Below are positions 1 to 8,696 of a stretch of 21,375 nt of DNA, piece after piece. This DNA comes from Deltaproteobacteria bacterium (lineage in GTDB: Bacteria; Myxococcota_A; UBA9160; SMWR01). The notes below the pieces were generated by a model. That model was not told the origin of the DNA and did no database searches. It saw only the letters and a list, made by a program, of their open reading frames with translations. Location: contig JAQBHB010000083.1 of the NCBI GenBank assembly GCA_032128115.1, positions 1-21,375 on the forward strand, read 5' to 3'. A program made the translations under genes and the position numbers. Position 1 is the first letter of the stretch. Each line of letters opens with the position of its first letter.

Positions 1-498
1 CCCGCGGCGCACGCAGCGGAAGCCGCCCGTGGTGTCGGTGATGGGCAGTCCGGTCAGCTTGCGCACGTACCAGTTTCCGTAGTAGCTGAGCAGGATCCGC
101 TCGATCGGCCAGTTGACGACCGTGATGCCGTTCAGGTAGCGCGAGCCCTGCACCACGTCGGCCTGCTCGATGGCTTCCAGCATCACCGGGAGCACCTCGG
201 GAGGGTGCGAAAAGTCGGCGTCCATCTGGAACACGAGATCGGCTCCCAGCTCCAGCGCCCGGGCGATGCCCGCGCGGTAGGCGGGGCCCAGGCCCTCCTT
301 CGCCGTCCGGTGCATCACGTGGACGCGCCCCCCGGTGGTCTCCACCAGCTCGTCGGCCAGCTTCCCGGTTCCGTCCGGCGAGTCGTCGTCCACCACCAGC
401 ACCTCGAGTCCGGGATCCTGTTCCAGGATCCGGGGCACGATCAGCGGCAGGTTCTCCGCCTCGTTGTAGGTGGGGATGATGACGATTCCGCGCGGCAT
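1..498 (-). CDS. Polyprenol monophosphomannose synthase / DPM1-like GT2 glycosyltransferase (3' end beyond window edge)
   Basis: Not in the ORF track. Manual translation from ATG 498: MPRGIVIIPTYNEAENL...VLVVDDDSPDGTG...KEGLGPAYRAG...FQMDADFSHPP...VQGSRY...TDTTGGFR, the typical Ppm1/DPM1 motifs. GGAG lies just upstream of the start. Confidence 0.93.
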   Translation of the reverse strand, partial: MPRGIVIIPTYNEAENLPLIVPRILEQDPGLEVLVVDDDSPDGTGKLADELVETTGGRVHVMHRTAKEGLGPAYRAGIARALELGADLVFQMDADFSHPPEVLPVMLEAIEQADVVQGSRYLNGITVVNWPIERILLSYYGNWYVRKLTGLPITDTTGGFRCVRRG

Positions 499-734
499 GG
501 GGGCTCCAGTGACCCGGAACAGTCTACACCGTTCCCCGCGGCGCTGGCGCGCGAATGGCCCTCGCGCGGCCACGCCGGCGTTGCGCCGACTTGCGGTCGG
601 TCGTGCCGGTTGGTGGTGCAATCCTGCACATGCATCGCCTCGCTTGCGAGCCGGTTGAACCGCCGGGAGCCATGTGACAGGATGCGCGCCTGCCCAGCGG
701 CCGTGGCGGGCCTTCCCCGCAGACGCCGCCAACC

Positions 735-762
735 GCGCCCGATTGCGCCCGATTGCGCCCGA
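735..762. repeat. Short tandem repeat, GCGCCCGATT x2.8
   Basis: Units at 735-744 and 745-754, partial unit at 755-762; ends 15 nt before ATG 778. Confidence 0.85.
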
Positions 763-777
763 AAGAGCTGCCGCCGA

Positions 778-3216
778 ATGTCCAGCGAGAGCCGACTCCC
801 CGACGCCTCCTACGGACTGCTGTTCGTCGGCATCTTCGTGGTGGCCTTCGCGACCCTGCTTTTCGAGCTGACCCTGATCCGGGTCTACTCGTTCACCATC
901 TGGCACCACTTCGCCTACGTGGTGATCTCCACGTCGCTGCTTGGTTTCGGCGCATCCGGCAGCTTCCTGGCGACGCGCCCCGGCTTCGGCCAGAACGGCC
1001 TGCGCCGGGCCCTGTCGATCTGCGCCCTGATCTCGGCCGTGAGCGTGGCGTTCGTGCTGGGGTTCACCTCCCTCGTGCCCCTTCACCCCATGTCGATCCT
1101 GAGCGAGAGCGGCCAGGCCCTGCGATTCGTGGCCTACCAGATCGTGTCGGCCATCCCGTTCTTCTTCTCCGGGCTGCTGGTGAGCCTGATCCTGCGGGCC
1201 GGAGCCGAGCGCGTCGACCGCGTGTACTTCTGGGATCTGTTGGGCGCGGGCCTGGGCTGCGCCGCCGCGGTCGGCTTGATGAACCTCCTCACGCCGCCCG
1301 GAGCCGCGATCTTCGCGGGCGTGGCCTTTGCCGTCGCCGCCGCGATCCTCGCGCCCCTTCCGGCTCTTCGCGGCATCGCAATCGCCGCCGTCGTGGTGCT
1401 CGCTGCCGGCTCGCTTGTCGCCGACCGCATCCCGTTCACACCGGCGCGCACCAAGCACCTTTCGCTCCAGACGAAGATCCAGGGCTTCGAGCCCTATTTC
1501 ACCGAGTGGACGGCGCTGTTCCGCACGGACATCGTGATCGAGGGCAGCCAGCGCCGCCCGAACCCGGCAGCGCTCTGGCCCCCGGGCCTGAGCCGCAGCG
1601 CCCCGGAAGGCATGGAGTCGCCGAGTCTTTTCGTGTCTCACGATGCCACCGCTTCCACGGGCATCTTCGATCTGCAGAAGAACCCCCGACTCGAGCACCT
1701 GGACTGGCACATCCTGAGTCTTCCCTATCTGGTGGTGAATCCGGACCCCAGCGTGCTGGTGATCGGCGTCGGCGGCGGGCGCGACATGATCGCCGCCATC
1801 CAGTACGGCGCGTCCAAGGTCACTGGCGCCGAGCTCGACCCGGTGACCGTGGATCAGGTCACGAACCACGTGGACGAACTCGGCGGCTTCTTCAAGAAGG
1901 ATCGGGTGAACCTGGTGGCCTCGGAGGGCCGGCATTTCGTGCGCTCCAGCGGCGAAATGTTCGACATGCTCCAGATCACGGGTGTCGACACGCTGTCGGC
2001 CATGAACTCGGGCGCGTACGTACTTGCGGAAAACTACCTGTACACCGCCGATGCGATTCACGACTACTTCGACCACATGAAACCGGGCGGAATGCTGTGC
2101 TTCGCCATGGCCAATCTGAACTCGAACCAGCCGCTGTCGGCGGGCCGCATGGTGCTGATCGCCCAGCAGGTGCTCCGCGACCGAGGCGTCGAGCACCCGG
2201 AAGACCACATCGCCGTGATCGACAGCCGCTCCCTCTACGCGGAATTGATGATTCGAAACCGGCCGTTTACTCCCGAGGAGGTGGACCGCCTCGCGAAACG
2301 ATCCGCCGAACTGGACTTCCAGCCCCTGCTGCTGCCCGGGCGCGTGGGGCATCCGGTCTTCATGAAGCTGGCCACGCTGCAGGGCGCCGAACGCGAGCAG
2401 CTCCTGGACGAGCTCAAGTTCCTGATCACCCCCACCTCGGACGACCGCCCCTTCTTCCAGCGCTACTTCCGGTGGAGCGATCTGTTCAACCTGGGGCCGG
2501 GACGGATCATTCCCAACGACGCCAGCGCCCTGGGTCAGATCGTGCTGGCGCTGCTGCTGGTGAGTCTCACGGCGCTGGGCGCCCTGTTCATTCTCGTGCC
2601 GTTGTTCCTGTTCAACCGCCGCGGCATCGCGGGAGGGGGCAACGAAAAGCTGGGGGTGATGTTCTTCTTCCTGGCGATCGGCCTGGGCTTCATGCTGTTC
2701 GAGATCAGCCTGATCCAGCAGTTCGTGCTGTTCCTGGGATATCCCACCTACTCGTTGAGCGTGACCCTCGGTTCGCTGCTGGTATCGCTTGGGTGCGGCA
2801 GCTTCCTCTCGAAACGCTGGGTGGGCCACGAGCGCCGTGCGCTCCCGCTGGCCGTCGCCGGGATCGCCCTGCTCACCCTCTTCTACATGCAGGGGCTTCC
2901 CGTGGTGCAGGGCTGGTTCCTGGGCTCGCACATTGCCGTGCGCGCCGCCATCACGGCGCTGGTGCTGGCGCCGCTGGGACTGGTGATGGGGATCTTCTTC
3001 CCGCTGGGCATCCGCCGCGCGGCCCGCATCCACGAGGATCTGGTGCCCTGGGCCTGGGGCATCAACGGCTGCGCGTCGGTAACCGGCGGCGTGCTCACGG
3101 TGGTGCTGGCCATGAGCTTCGGCTTCACGAGCGTGTGGCTGCTGTCCCTGCTGATCTACGCCGCCGGCACCGCGGCCCTGCTGGCCACCATGCCCGCGAA
3201 TCCCGATACGCCCTAG
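778..3216 (+). CDS. Polytopic membrane protein with a central spermidine-synthase-like class I SAM-binding domain (812 aa)
   Basis: Probable start is ATG 778 (MSSESRLP); the ORF-track extension to 205 overlaps the antisense GT2. N- and C-terminal TM blocks flank VLVIGVGGGRD...VTGAELDP...SEGRHFV...FDMLQITGVDT...LAENYLYT. The C-terminal block has GLGFMLFEISLIQQFVLFLGYP and WAWGING. Confidence 0.85.
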   Translation: MSSESRLPDASYGLLFVGIFVVAFATLLFELTLIRVYSFTIWHHFAYVVISTSLLGFGASGSFLATRPGFGQNGLRRALSICALISAVSVAFVLGFTSLVPLHPMSILSESGQALRFVAYQIVSAIPFFFSGLLVSLILRAGAERVDRVYFWDLLGAGLGCAAAVGLMNLLTPPGAAIFAGVAFAVAAAILAPLPALRGIAIAAVVVLAAGSLVADRIPFTPARTKHLSLQTKIQGFEPYFTEWTALFRTDIVIEGSQRRPNPAALWPPGLSRSAPEGMESPSLFVSHDATASTGIFDLQKNPRLEHLDWHILSLPYLVVNPDPSVLVIGVGGGRDMIAAIQYGASKVTGAELDPVTVDQVTNHVDELGGFFKKDRVNLVASEGRHFVRSSGEMFDMLQITGVDTLSAMNSGAYVLAENYLYTADAIHDYFDHMKPGGMLCFAMANLNSNQPLSAGRMVLIAQQVLRDRGVEHPEDHIAVIDSRSLYAELMIRNRPFTPEEVDRLAKRSAELDFQPLLLPGRVGHPVFMKLATLQGAEREQLLDELKFLITPTSDDRPFFQRYFRWSDLFNLGPGRIIPNDASALGQIVLALLLVSLTALGALFILVPLFLFNRRGIAGGGNEKLGVMFFFLAIGLGFMLFEISLIQQFVLFLGYPTYSLSVTLGSLLVSLGCGSFLSKRWVGHERRALPLAVAGIALLTLFYMQGLPVVQGWFLGSHIAVRAAITALVLAPLGLVMGIFFPLGIRRAARIHEDLVPWAWGINGCASVTGGVLTVVLAMSFGFTSVWLLSLLIYAAGTAALLATMPANPDTP

Positions 3217-3282
3217 GGGAGGCCGCAAGCGCCAAACGCGCGCGCAGCGAGGCGAAGCCGAGCGCAGTAAAAAAAGCTAGGG
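3213..3282. repeat. 58-bp intergenic element flanked by CTAGGG direct repeats; candidate REP/MITE-like insertion
   Basis: CTAGGG at 3213-3218 and 3277-3282; internal GCGAGGCGAAGCCGAGC at 3247-3263; A7 run at 3269-3275. Confidence 0.4.
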
Positions 3283-5001
3283 CTGAACGCGCGGTTCGAG
3301 CACCGTCACCATCCACGCGGGCGGTGGGGCCGCGCCCTGGGGCGGAAAGCGCCGGAACAGGGACGCGTCGGGTTGGTAGTGGGTGCGCAGGTATTCCACC
3401 AGCACCGGCGTGTACGCGGGCAGCGGAGGCACGCCCGCCCACGACAGCATGCCGCTCACCACGATCCGGGGCGGCTCGCGCTCGAGCGACGCCACCACGG
3501 CGGCGCCGCCGTCGCCTCCGGCCTGGCCGGGATAGAGCTGCGAGAAGCGCCAGGGCGAGTAGCGGTCGCTCAGGAAGTAGTAGTAGGCCTCGTGCCCGTA
3601 CACGAGGAGCCCCTCGCCGGGACCGGTCTCTTCCAGGATGTACCGCACCACCGGCTCGACAAAGGTCTCGTCGTGGGACACGCGAAAGTGCGCCCTCTCG
3701 AGTTCGATCTCGAACGTCGCCTGGGCGTGGCGAATCCCGGTGAGGGCCGCGAAGAGGCCGAGCGCAGCCGCCACGAGCGCGGCAGAGCGCCAACCCGGAA
3801 CGCGTTCGGCTTCGGCTGCCGCGCGCGCCCGCAGGGCGAAAACCAGAAGCAGCACCACCGGGTAGATACCGATCACATGGTAGAAATCGGCCCGCGGAAA
3901 GGCCGACACCGCCACCGCGAAGGCCAGGGCCGCGAAGGCGACAGCAGTGCGATCGGCGGCGGCGCGGCGCTCGCCGCGCAACACACGCAGCCACAGCCAC
4001 CCGGCGAATCCGAAGCTGACCGGCAGCGACGTGTAGAGCGCCCGCGCGAAGATCTCTCCGGTCATCCACCAGGCCGGGTAGCTCGCGGGCCACGGCAGCT
4101 CCTCGCGAACCAGCATCGACCACAGCGGCCCCACCGAGTACGGGAAGGCGTCCTGGCCCTGTAGCGACCCGAGCTCCCACCAGCGCAACAGATCGAGGAA
4201 CGCAACGCCACTCGTGGGCAGGTAACCCGTGAAGGGAGCCACGAGTCCGCTGCTGGCCATGGCCGGGAGCAGACCGTGGGCGCCGAAGTAGGCGAGGATC
4301 GGAACCCACACCAGCGCAAAGCCCCCGGCGAGGGCACCCAGGTCGGCGCCCCGCGACACGGGACGCGGCGCGTGCAGCCACGGCTCGGGCCACGCCACCC
4401 ATGCCAGCGACACCAGCGTCAGCGGAATGCCCAGGTTCTGCTTGGCGGCCAGCGAGATCCCGAGACAGGCCCCCGCCGCCACCAGGCGCACGCGCGCCCC
4501 GTCCGGGGGGCGTCCCACCAGCAGAGCGAGCGCCACGCTGGCGAACGCGAACGAGAGATCGGCATACATGTAATGGGTGAACGCGGGCCAGGCCAGAAAC
4601 TTGAAGGCCAGCAAGCAGAGTCCGAACAGAGCCGCGCGCCGGCGGTCCATCAGGCGCAGGGCCGCAACGTAGAGCGACGCGACCGAAACACAGTAGAGGC
4701 CGCCGGCCAGGACCCGGGCCACCGTCAGGTGCTCGCCGAACACGCGCATGGCGAACGCCAGCAGGTAGGCCGCCGCCGGGAACGGGTAGGAGTCCACGTC
4801 GCGATAGAAGATTCCGCCGCGCAAAAGGCGCGCGGCCGCCGTGAGCAGCGCGCCCTCGTCGTTGGAGGGCAGGCCCACCAGCGCAAACCAGGCCGACACC
4901 CCGGCAGCGAGCGCCACCAGCATCGGCCCGAAGACCCGCGGTGCAAGCCAGCGATCGGCCCCGTGAACCTCATCCGCACGCTGCGGGACCGCGTCGCTCA
5001 A
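3277..5001 (-). CDS. GT-C-fold (ArnT/PMT-like) membrane glycosyltransferase, about 574 aa
   Basis: First TM helix followed by SNDEG and FYRDVDSYPFP, many TM helices, AKQNLG, soluble C-terminal domain. Start set at TTG 5001, which overlaps the upstream TGA (TTGA) and has AAGGAAGG upstream; ATG 4923 is an alternative. Confidence 0.72.
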   Translation of the reverse strand: MSDAVPQRADEVHGADRWLAPRVFGPMLVALAAGVSAWFALVGLPSNDEGALLTAAARLLRGGIFYRDVDSYPFPAAAYLLAFAMRVFGEHLTVARVLAGGLYCVSVASLYVAALRLMDRRRAALFGLCLLAFKFLAWPAFTHYMYADLSFAFASVALALLVGRPPDGARVRLVAAGACLGISLAAKQNLGIPLTLVSLAWVAWPEPWLHAPRPVSRGADLGALAGGFALVWVPILAYFGAHGLLPAMASSGLVAPFTGYLPTSGVAFLDLLRWWELGSLQGQDAFPYSVGPLWSMLVREELPWPASYPAWWMTGEIFARALYTSLPVSFGFAGWLWLRVLRGERRAAADRTAVAFAALAFAVAVSAFPRADFYHVIGIYPVVLLLVFALRARAAAEAERVPGWRSAALVAAALGLFAALTGIRHAQATFEIELERAHFRVSHDETFVEPVVRYILEETGPGEGLLVYGHEAYYYFLSDRYSPWRFSQLYPGQAGGDGGAAVVASLEREPPRIVVSGMLSWAGVPPLPAYTPVLVEYLRTHYQPDASLFRRFPPQGAAPPPAWMVTVLEPRVQP

Positions 5002-6593
5002 GATCGGCTGCCGCCTTCCTTCACCAGCCTCGCCACGAAATGGGCGCTCCACGCGCGCAGCGGTGAGCGTTCGAGTGCCCGCTCGAGCGGACCGAACAGG
5101 CGCACCAGCGGCGCGGGTGTGAAGTCGGGCAGAAAGGTGAGGTAGGCGTGGTCGGGATCCCAACGGGCGCCCGCAACCGGGGGCAACGACGTGGGTTTCA
5201 CCCACGCCTCGGTGCCGTCGTCGATCTCCCGGATCAGCGGGAACACGTAACCCATGTAGAACGCAAACAGCGGGTTCTCGGTGTTGATCTCCTGCAGGAA
5301 GAACGAACCGCCGGGTCGCAACACGCGAACCACTTCAGCCAACGCGCGGCTAGTGCCGCCTGGGTCGATCACGTGGTGCATCACGTTCACGCCGTACGCA
5401 AAATCGAAGCTGGCGTCGGAATACGGCAGCGAGCGCGCGTCGGCGCTGGTGGTCTCGATCGTCTGGCCCTCGGCGGCGATGAAGCGGCGGGCCTGGTCCA
5501 CCTGGGCGGCGGCCCGGTCGCAGGCACTCATGGCGTAGCCCAGACGCGCCATCTCCACCGCGTACCAGCCCTGGCCACAGCCCAGATCGAGCCCCTGCGC
5601 CCCGGGTGCCACGCCGGACCGGCGCAGCCACCCCCCCATGATGTCGATCTTGCGACTCACCAGGCGGTCGCGCACCGCCGCCGGGATCTGGTCTCCATAT
5701 TCGGCCGCCAGTTCGTCGAAGTGCTCCTGGGCCACGGGCTGACGCGCCACCGACAGGATCGGGCGCCGCCAGCGCAGGAACGCCAGCAGCCCCAACCCCA
5801 GCGCGAACCAGGTGGTGCCCAGTCGGAAGATCGCCACCGCCACCACCGAAACCTGAGAGGCCACGCCCAGGGAGTCGAGCTGTACGATCATGCTCGAGCC
5901 CGCCACGCCGGTTCCCAGGGGCAGCAGCGCCACGCCACCCAGCAGGGTTCCCAGCGAGAACACCTGGGCCGCCCCGGCCAGGGGAATCGAAGGCCCCAGT
6001 TGGGCCACCACGCCCCAGAGCGCCAACGCCGGCATGGCCCACGCCACCAGCGACGTGGCAGCCAGCATGGCCAGCGACCGCGGCTCGAGCAACGCCCGCA
6101 GCGTGCGCCCGCGCGCGCGCCGCCCCGCCAGCCACAGCGCCCCCACACCGGTCGCGAGCGCCGCCAACCCGAATGCGTGGCCCCGCGCCAGCATCAGGAA
6201 GACCAGCAGCGCCGTGGCATCCGCCAAACGCTCCACCGCCCACACGGCGAATACGGCGGGCCGGGCTTCGGGAACCCGGCGCGCCACCAGGGCGGTGCGG
6301 ATGAATTCCCCCAGATAGAGCGGGGTCGCGAAGGCGGGCAGCGTTCCGAAGTACAGCATCAGGCTGGTGCGCGCGGGCACATTGCGCACGAAGCGACGCG
6401 TGAGGAAATGCCACCGAACCCAACGAATCGAAAGGTTCACGGTACTCAGGATCGCAACGCCGGCGAGGGTCGCGACGCTGGCCGCCGACAGCTCCGCAAA
6501 AGCCGGCATCCCGGCGTAGCGAAGCCACAGGGCGGTGACCACCAGGCCGATGGCCATGACGGTCAACACGAAGGCGGTGAGCAGACTTCTCAT
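4998..6593 (-). CDS. Fusion of a UPF0104 / lysylphosphatidylglycerol-synthase TM (flippase-like) domain and a class I SAM methyltransferase (531 aa)
   Basis: N-terminal half: IRWVRWHFL, TPLYLGEFIR, VERLAD, LPLGTGV, IFRLGT. C-terminal half: LDLGCGQG, DARSLPYSDASFD, VMHHV, RVLRPGG. Confidence 0.85.
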   Translation of the reverse strand: MRSLLTAFVLTVMAIGLVVTALWLRYAGMPAFAELSAASVATLAGVAILSTVNLSIRWVRWHFLTRRFVRNVPARTSLMLYFGTLPAFATPLYLGEFIRTALVARRVPEARPAVFAVWAVERLADATALLVFLMLARGHAFGLAALATGVGALWLAGRRARGRTLRALLEPRSLAMLAATSLVAWAMPALALWGVVAQLGPSIPLAGAAQVFSLGTLLGGVALLPLGTGVAGSSMIVQLDSLGVASQVSVVAVAIFRLGTTWFALGLGLLAFLRWRRPILSVARQPVAQEHFDELAAEYGDQIPAAVRDRLVSRKIDIMGGWLRRSGVAPGAQGLDLGCGQGWYAVEMARLGYAMSACDRAAAQVDQARRFIAAEGQTIETTSADARSLPYSDASFDFAYGVNVMHHVIDPGGTSRALAEVVRVLRPGGSFFLQEINTENPLFAFYMGYVFPLIREIDDGTEAWVKPTSLPPVAGARWDPDHAYLTFLPDFTPAPLVRLFGPLERALERSPLRAWSAHFVARLVKEGGSRS

Positions 6594-6641
6594 GAACCGT
6601 CCTCGCCCCCTCCTGAGCGGCGGCTACCCTTGGGGTGGCCG

Positions 6642-7484
6642 ATGCGTAGATGGCATGTTCTGCTGGCGTTTTCCACTGCAGCCCTGTGTCTACTGGTGTG
6701 GCTGCTGCTGGGCGGCGACGCGCCAGAGCCGGGCCCCGCGACCGCCGCCCTGGCCCGAACCACTCCGGCCCGGGACTCCGACCGCGCAGTCGAGGCCGGG
6801 ATCGCCGCTCTCCAGGAGGCACTGGAAGCCGAGCGCGAGGCTCGCGGGGCATTGGAAGCCGAAGTGGACTGGCTTCGCGAGGAGCTGGAGCGCATCCGCG
6901 CGGCGCCCGCGGTCGAGCCGGGAGCGGAGGCGGAGGCGCCCCAGGTGGAGGCGGCCGCCGCTCCCGGGCGCGCGAACGCCTACGATTTCGACGAGTCGCG
7001 CCTGCGGGAGGAGAACCTGGAGTCGGACCGGATCGCCGACCTGCGCGAGCGCTACGACTCGAATCGTCTGGACGAGCTCTACCTGCGCGACCAGGCCGTG
7101 CGCGAGGGCTGGATCCGCTCCGGCCGCTACCTCAACAACCTCCAGGATCTACGCGTCGGCCTGCGCCACGACCTGGGCGACGAGGACTACGACTATCTGT
7201 TGTACGCGGTGGGACAGGACAATCGCGTGGTGGTGAGCGACGTGCTCCAGGGCTCGGCGGCCGAGGCCGCCGGCGTGTTGCCCGGTGACATCGTGCTGCG
7301 CTACGACGGCGTGCGGATCTTCAACCGGGGCGAGTTGCTGCGGGCCACCACCGAGGGAAGAGCCCGCTCGAACGTGGCGGTCGACGTGGTGCGCGGCGGC
7401 GAATCGCGGCGGGTCTACATCCCGCGTGGCCCCCTGGGTATCACCCTCAAAGCCGAGAGCCTGCCTCCCCAGGCGTCGCGCTAA
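6642..7484 (+). CDS. Membrane-anchored PDZ-domain protein (280 aa)
   Basis: ATG 6642, MRRWHVLLAF... hydrophobic anchor; coiled-coil-like LQEALEAEREARGALEAEVDWLREELE; C-terminal VSDVLQGSAAEAAGVLPGDIVLRYDG...VVRGG PDZ signature. Confidence 0.85.
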   Translation: MRRWHVLLAFSTAALCLLVWLLLGGDAPEPGPATAALARTTPARDSDRAVEAGIAALQEALEAEREARGALEAEVDWLREELERIRAAPAVEPGAEAEAPQVEAAAAPGRANAYDFDESRLREENLESDRIADLRERYDSNRLDELYLRDQAVREGWIRSGRYLNNLQDLRVGLRHDLGDEDYDYLLYAVGQDNRVVVSDVLQGSAAEAAGVLPGDIVLRYDGVRIFNRGELLRATTEGRARSNVAVDVVRGGESRRVYIPRGPLGITLKAESLPPQASR

Positions 7485-7504
7485 CTCCCGGACGCCATTG
7501 CCAG

Positions 7505-7534
7505 TTGCTCATAACCCTTCGAAAAGAGTAGAGT
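7505..7534 (+). promoter_or_regulatory. Possible sigma70-type promoter for the GT4 operon
   Basis: TTGCTC (7505-7510), 18 nt, TAGAGT (7529-7534), in a locally AT-rich intergenic patch. Confidence 0.35.
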
Positions 7535-7595
7535 ATTCGGCCCGTGACCCGAATCTTCGCCGCCGCCCTCTGCGCTTGACGCCGTGCCGTCACCC

Positions 7596-8696
7596 ATGCG
7601 GGTCCTGATCCTGAACGAACGCGACCCGACCCACCCGAAGGCCGGCGGCGCCGAGATCCACGTGAGCGAGATCTTCCGGCGCCTGGCAGATCGAGGCTTC
7701 AAGATCACGCTGGCCTCGAGCCGGGCACGCGGCGCGGCGCCGCGCGATCGGGTGGACGGCATGCAGGTCTGGCGCCTGGCGGAACTTCCCACCTACTACC
7801 CGCGCGCGGCCTGGACCTGCGCACGCGAAACGCGGCGGGGCCACTTCGATGCCGTGGTCGAGTGCCTGAACAAGCTCCCCTTCTACTCGCCCGTGTACTC
7901 GGCCGCACCGGTACTGGCCCTGTGTCACCACCTGTTCGGCGAGACCGCGTTCCTGCAGGTGCCCTGGCCCGTGGCCGCCACGGTCTGGAGCGCCGAAAAA
8001 TTGATCCCGCCGCTCTATGGCCGGGTCCCGTTCCTCGCCATCTCCGAGAGCTCTCGCGACGATCTGGTGGCCCGCGGCATCGCGGCCGATCGCATCATGG
8101 TGAGCCACTGCGGCATCCGCCGGCCCGACCTGGCCCCCCCGGGCCTGGCCGAACGCGGCCACCGGGTTTCCTATGTGGGTCGCCTCGAACCCTACAAGAA
8201 GGTCGACGTGCTGCTGCGCGCCATCGCCCGCCTGGTGGATCGGTTCCCGGAGATCGCTCTGGTGGTGATCGGCAGGGGATCGGACCAGCCGCGCCTTGCG
8301 CGCGTCGCACACCAGCTGGGTGTGGCCGAGCGCACGCGCTTCACCGGCTTCGTCGACGATGCGGAACGGGATCGCCTGTTGGCGGGCTCGCGGGTCTGCG
8401 TGTGTCCGTCGGCGAAGGAGGGCTGGGGGCTCACGGTGATCGAGTCCAACGCCGTGGGGACGCCGGTGGTGGCGACCGATGCACCGGGCCTGCGCGATGC
8501 AGTGCGCGACGGCGTGACCGGCTTCCTGGTGCCCGAAGACGACGTGAACGGCTTCGCCGATCAGATCGGGCGCCTGCTGGCCGAAGATGCACTGGCCGAG
8601 CGGATGTCGCGCGAGGCGCTTTCGTGGTCGAAACGCTTCGACTGGGACCGCGCCGCCGACGACATGGCCCGCGCGCTGACGTCGTTGCAGCCGTGA
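7596..8696 (+). CDS. Glycosyltransferase family 4 (GT-B), 366 aa
   Basis: MRVLILNERDPTHPKAGGAE, YVGRLEPYKKVD, EX7E motif EGWGLTVIE, GTPVVATDAPGL. Confidence 0.93.
   Translation: MRVLILNERDPTHPKAGGAEIHVSEIFRRLADRGFKITLASSRARGAAPRDRVDGMQVWRLAELPTYYPRAAWTCARETRRGHFDAVVECLNKLPFYSPVYSAAPVLALCHHLFGETAFLQVPWPVAATVWSAEKLIPPLYGRVPFLAISESSRDDLVARGIAADRIMVSHCGIRRPDLAPPGLAERGHRVSYVGRLEPYKKVDVLLRAIARLVDRFPEIALVVIGRGSDQPRLARVAHQLGVAERTRFTGFVDDAERDRLLAGSRVCVCPSAKEGWGLTVIESNAVGTPVVATDAPGLRDAVRDGVTGFLVPEDDVNGFADQIGRLLAEDALAERMSREALSWSKRFDWDRAADDMARALTSLQP

Noticed and set aside
205..777. N-terminal 191 aa of the 1003-aa ORF
   Set aside because: Overlaps the antisense strand of the clear GT2 gene (1-498) and the intergenic region; membrane-protein-like sequence begins at ATG 778.
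3269..3300. T7 tract after the minus-strand stop as an intrinsic terminator
   Set aside because: Only a weak 4-bp stem precedes it on that strand and it is not adjacent to the tract.
753..3743. 996-aa alternative-frame ORF
   Set aside because: Arg/Pro/Gly-rich shadow frame of a real gene; long stop-free frames are expected at this GC content.
5148..6641. N-terminal extension of the 778-aa ORF (likewise the extensions from 7862, 8869, 10062 and 13915)
   Set aside because: These are antisense or off-frame overlaps of neighbouring genes; the downstream starts give coupled ATGA/GTGA junctions or signal peptides.
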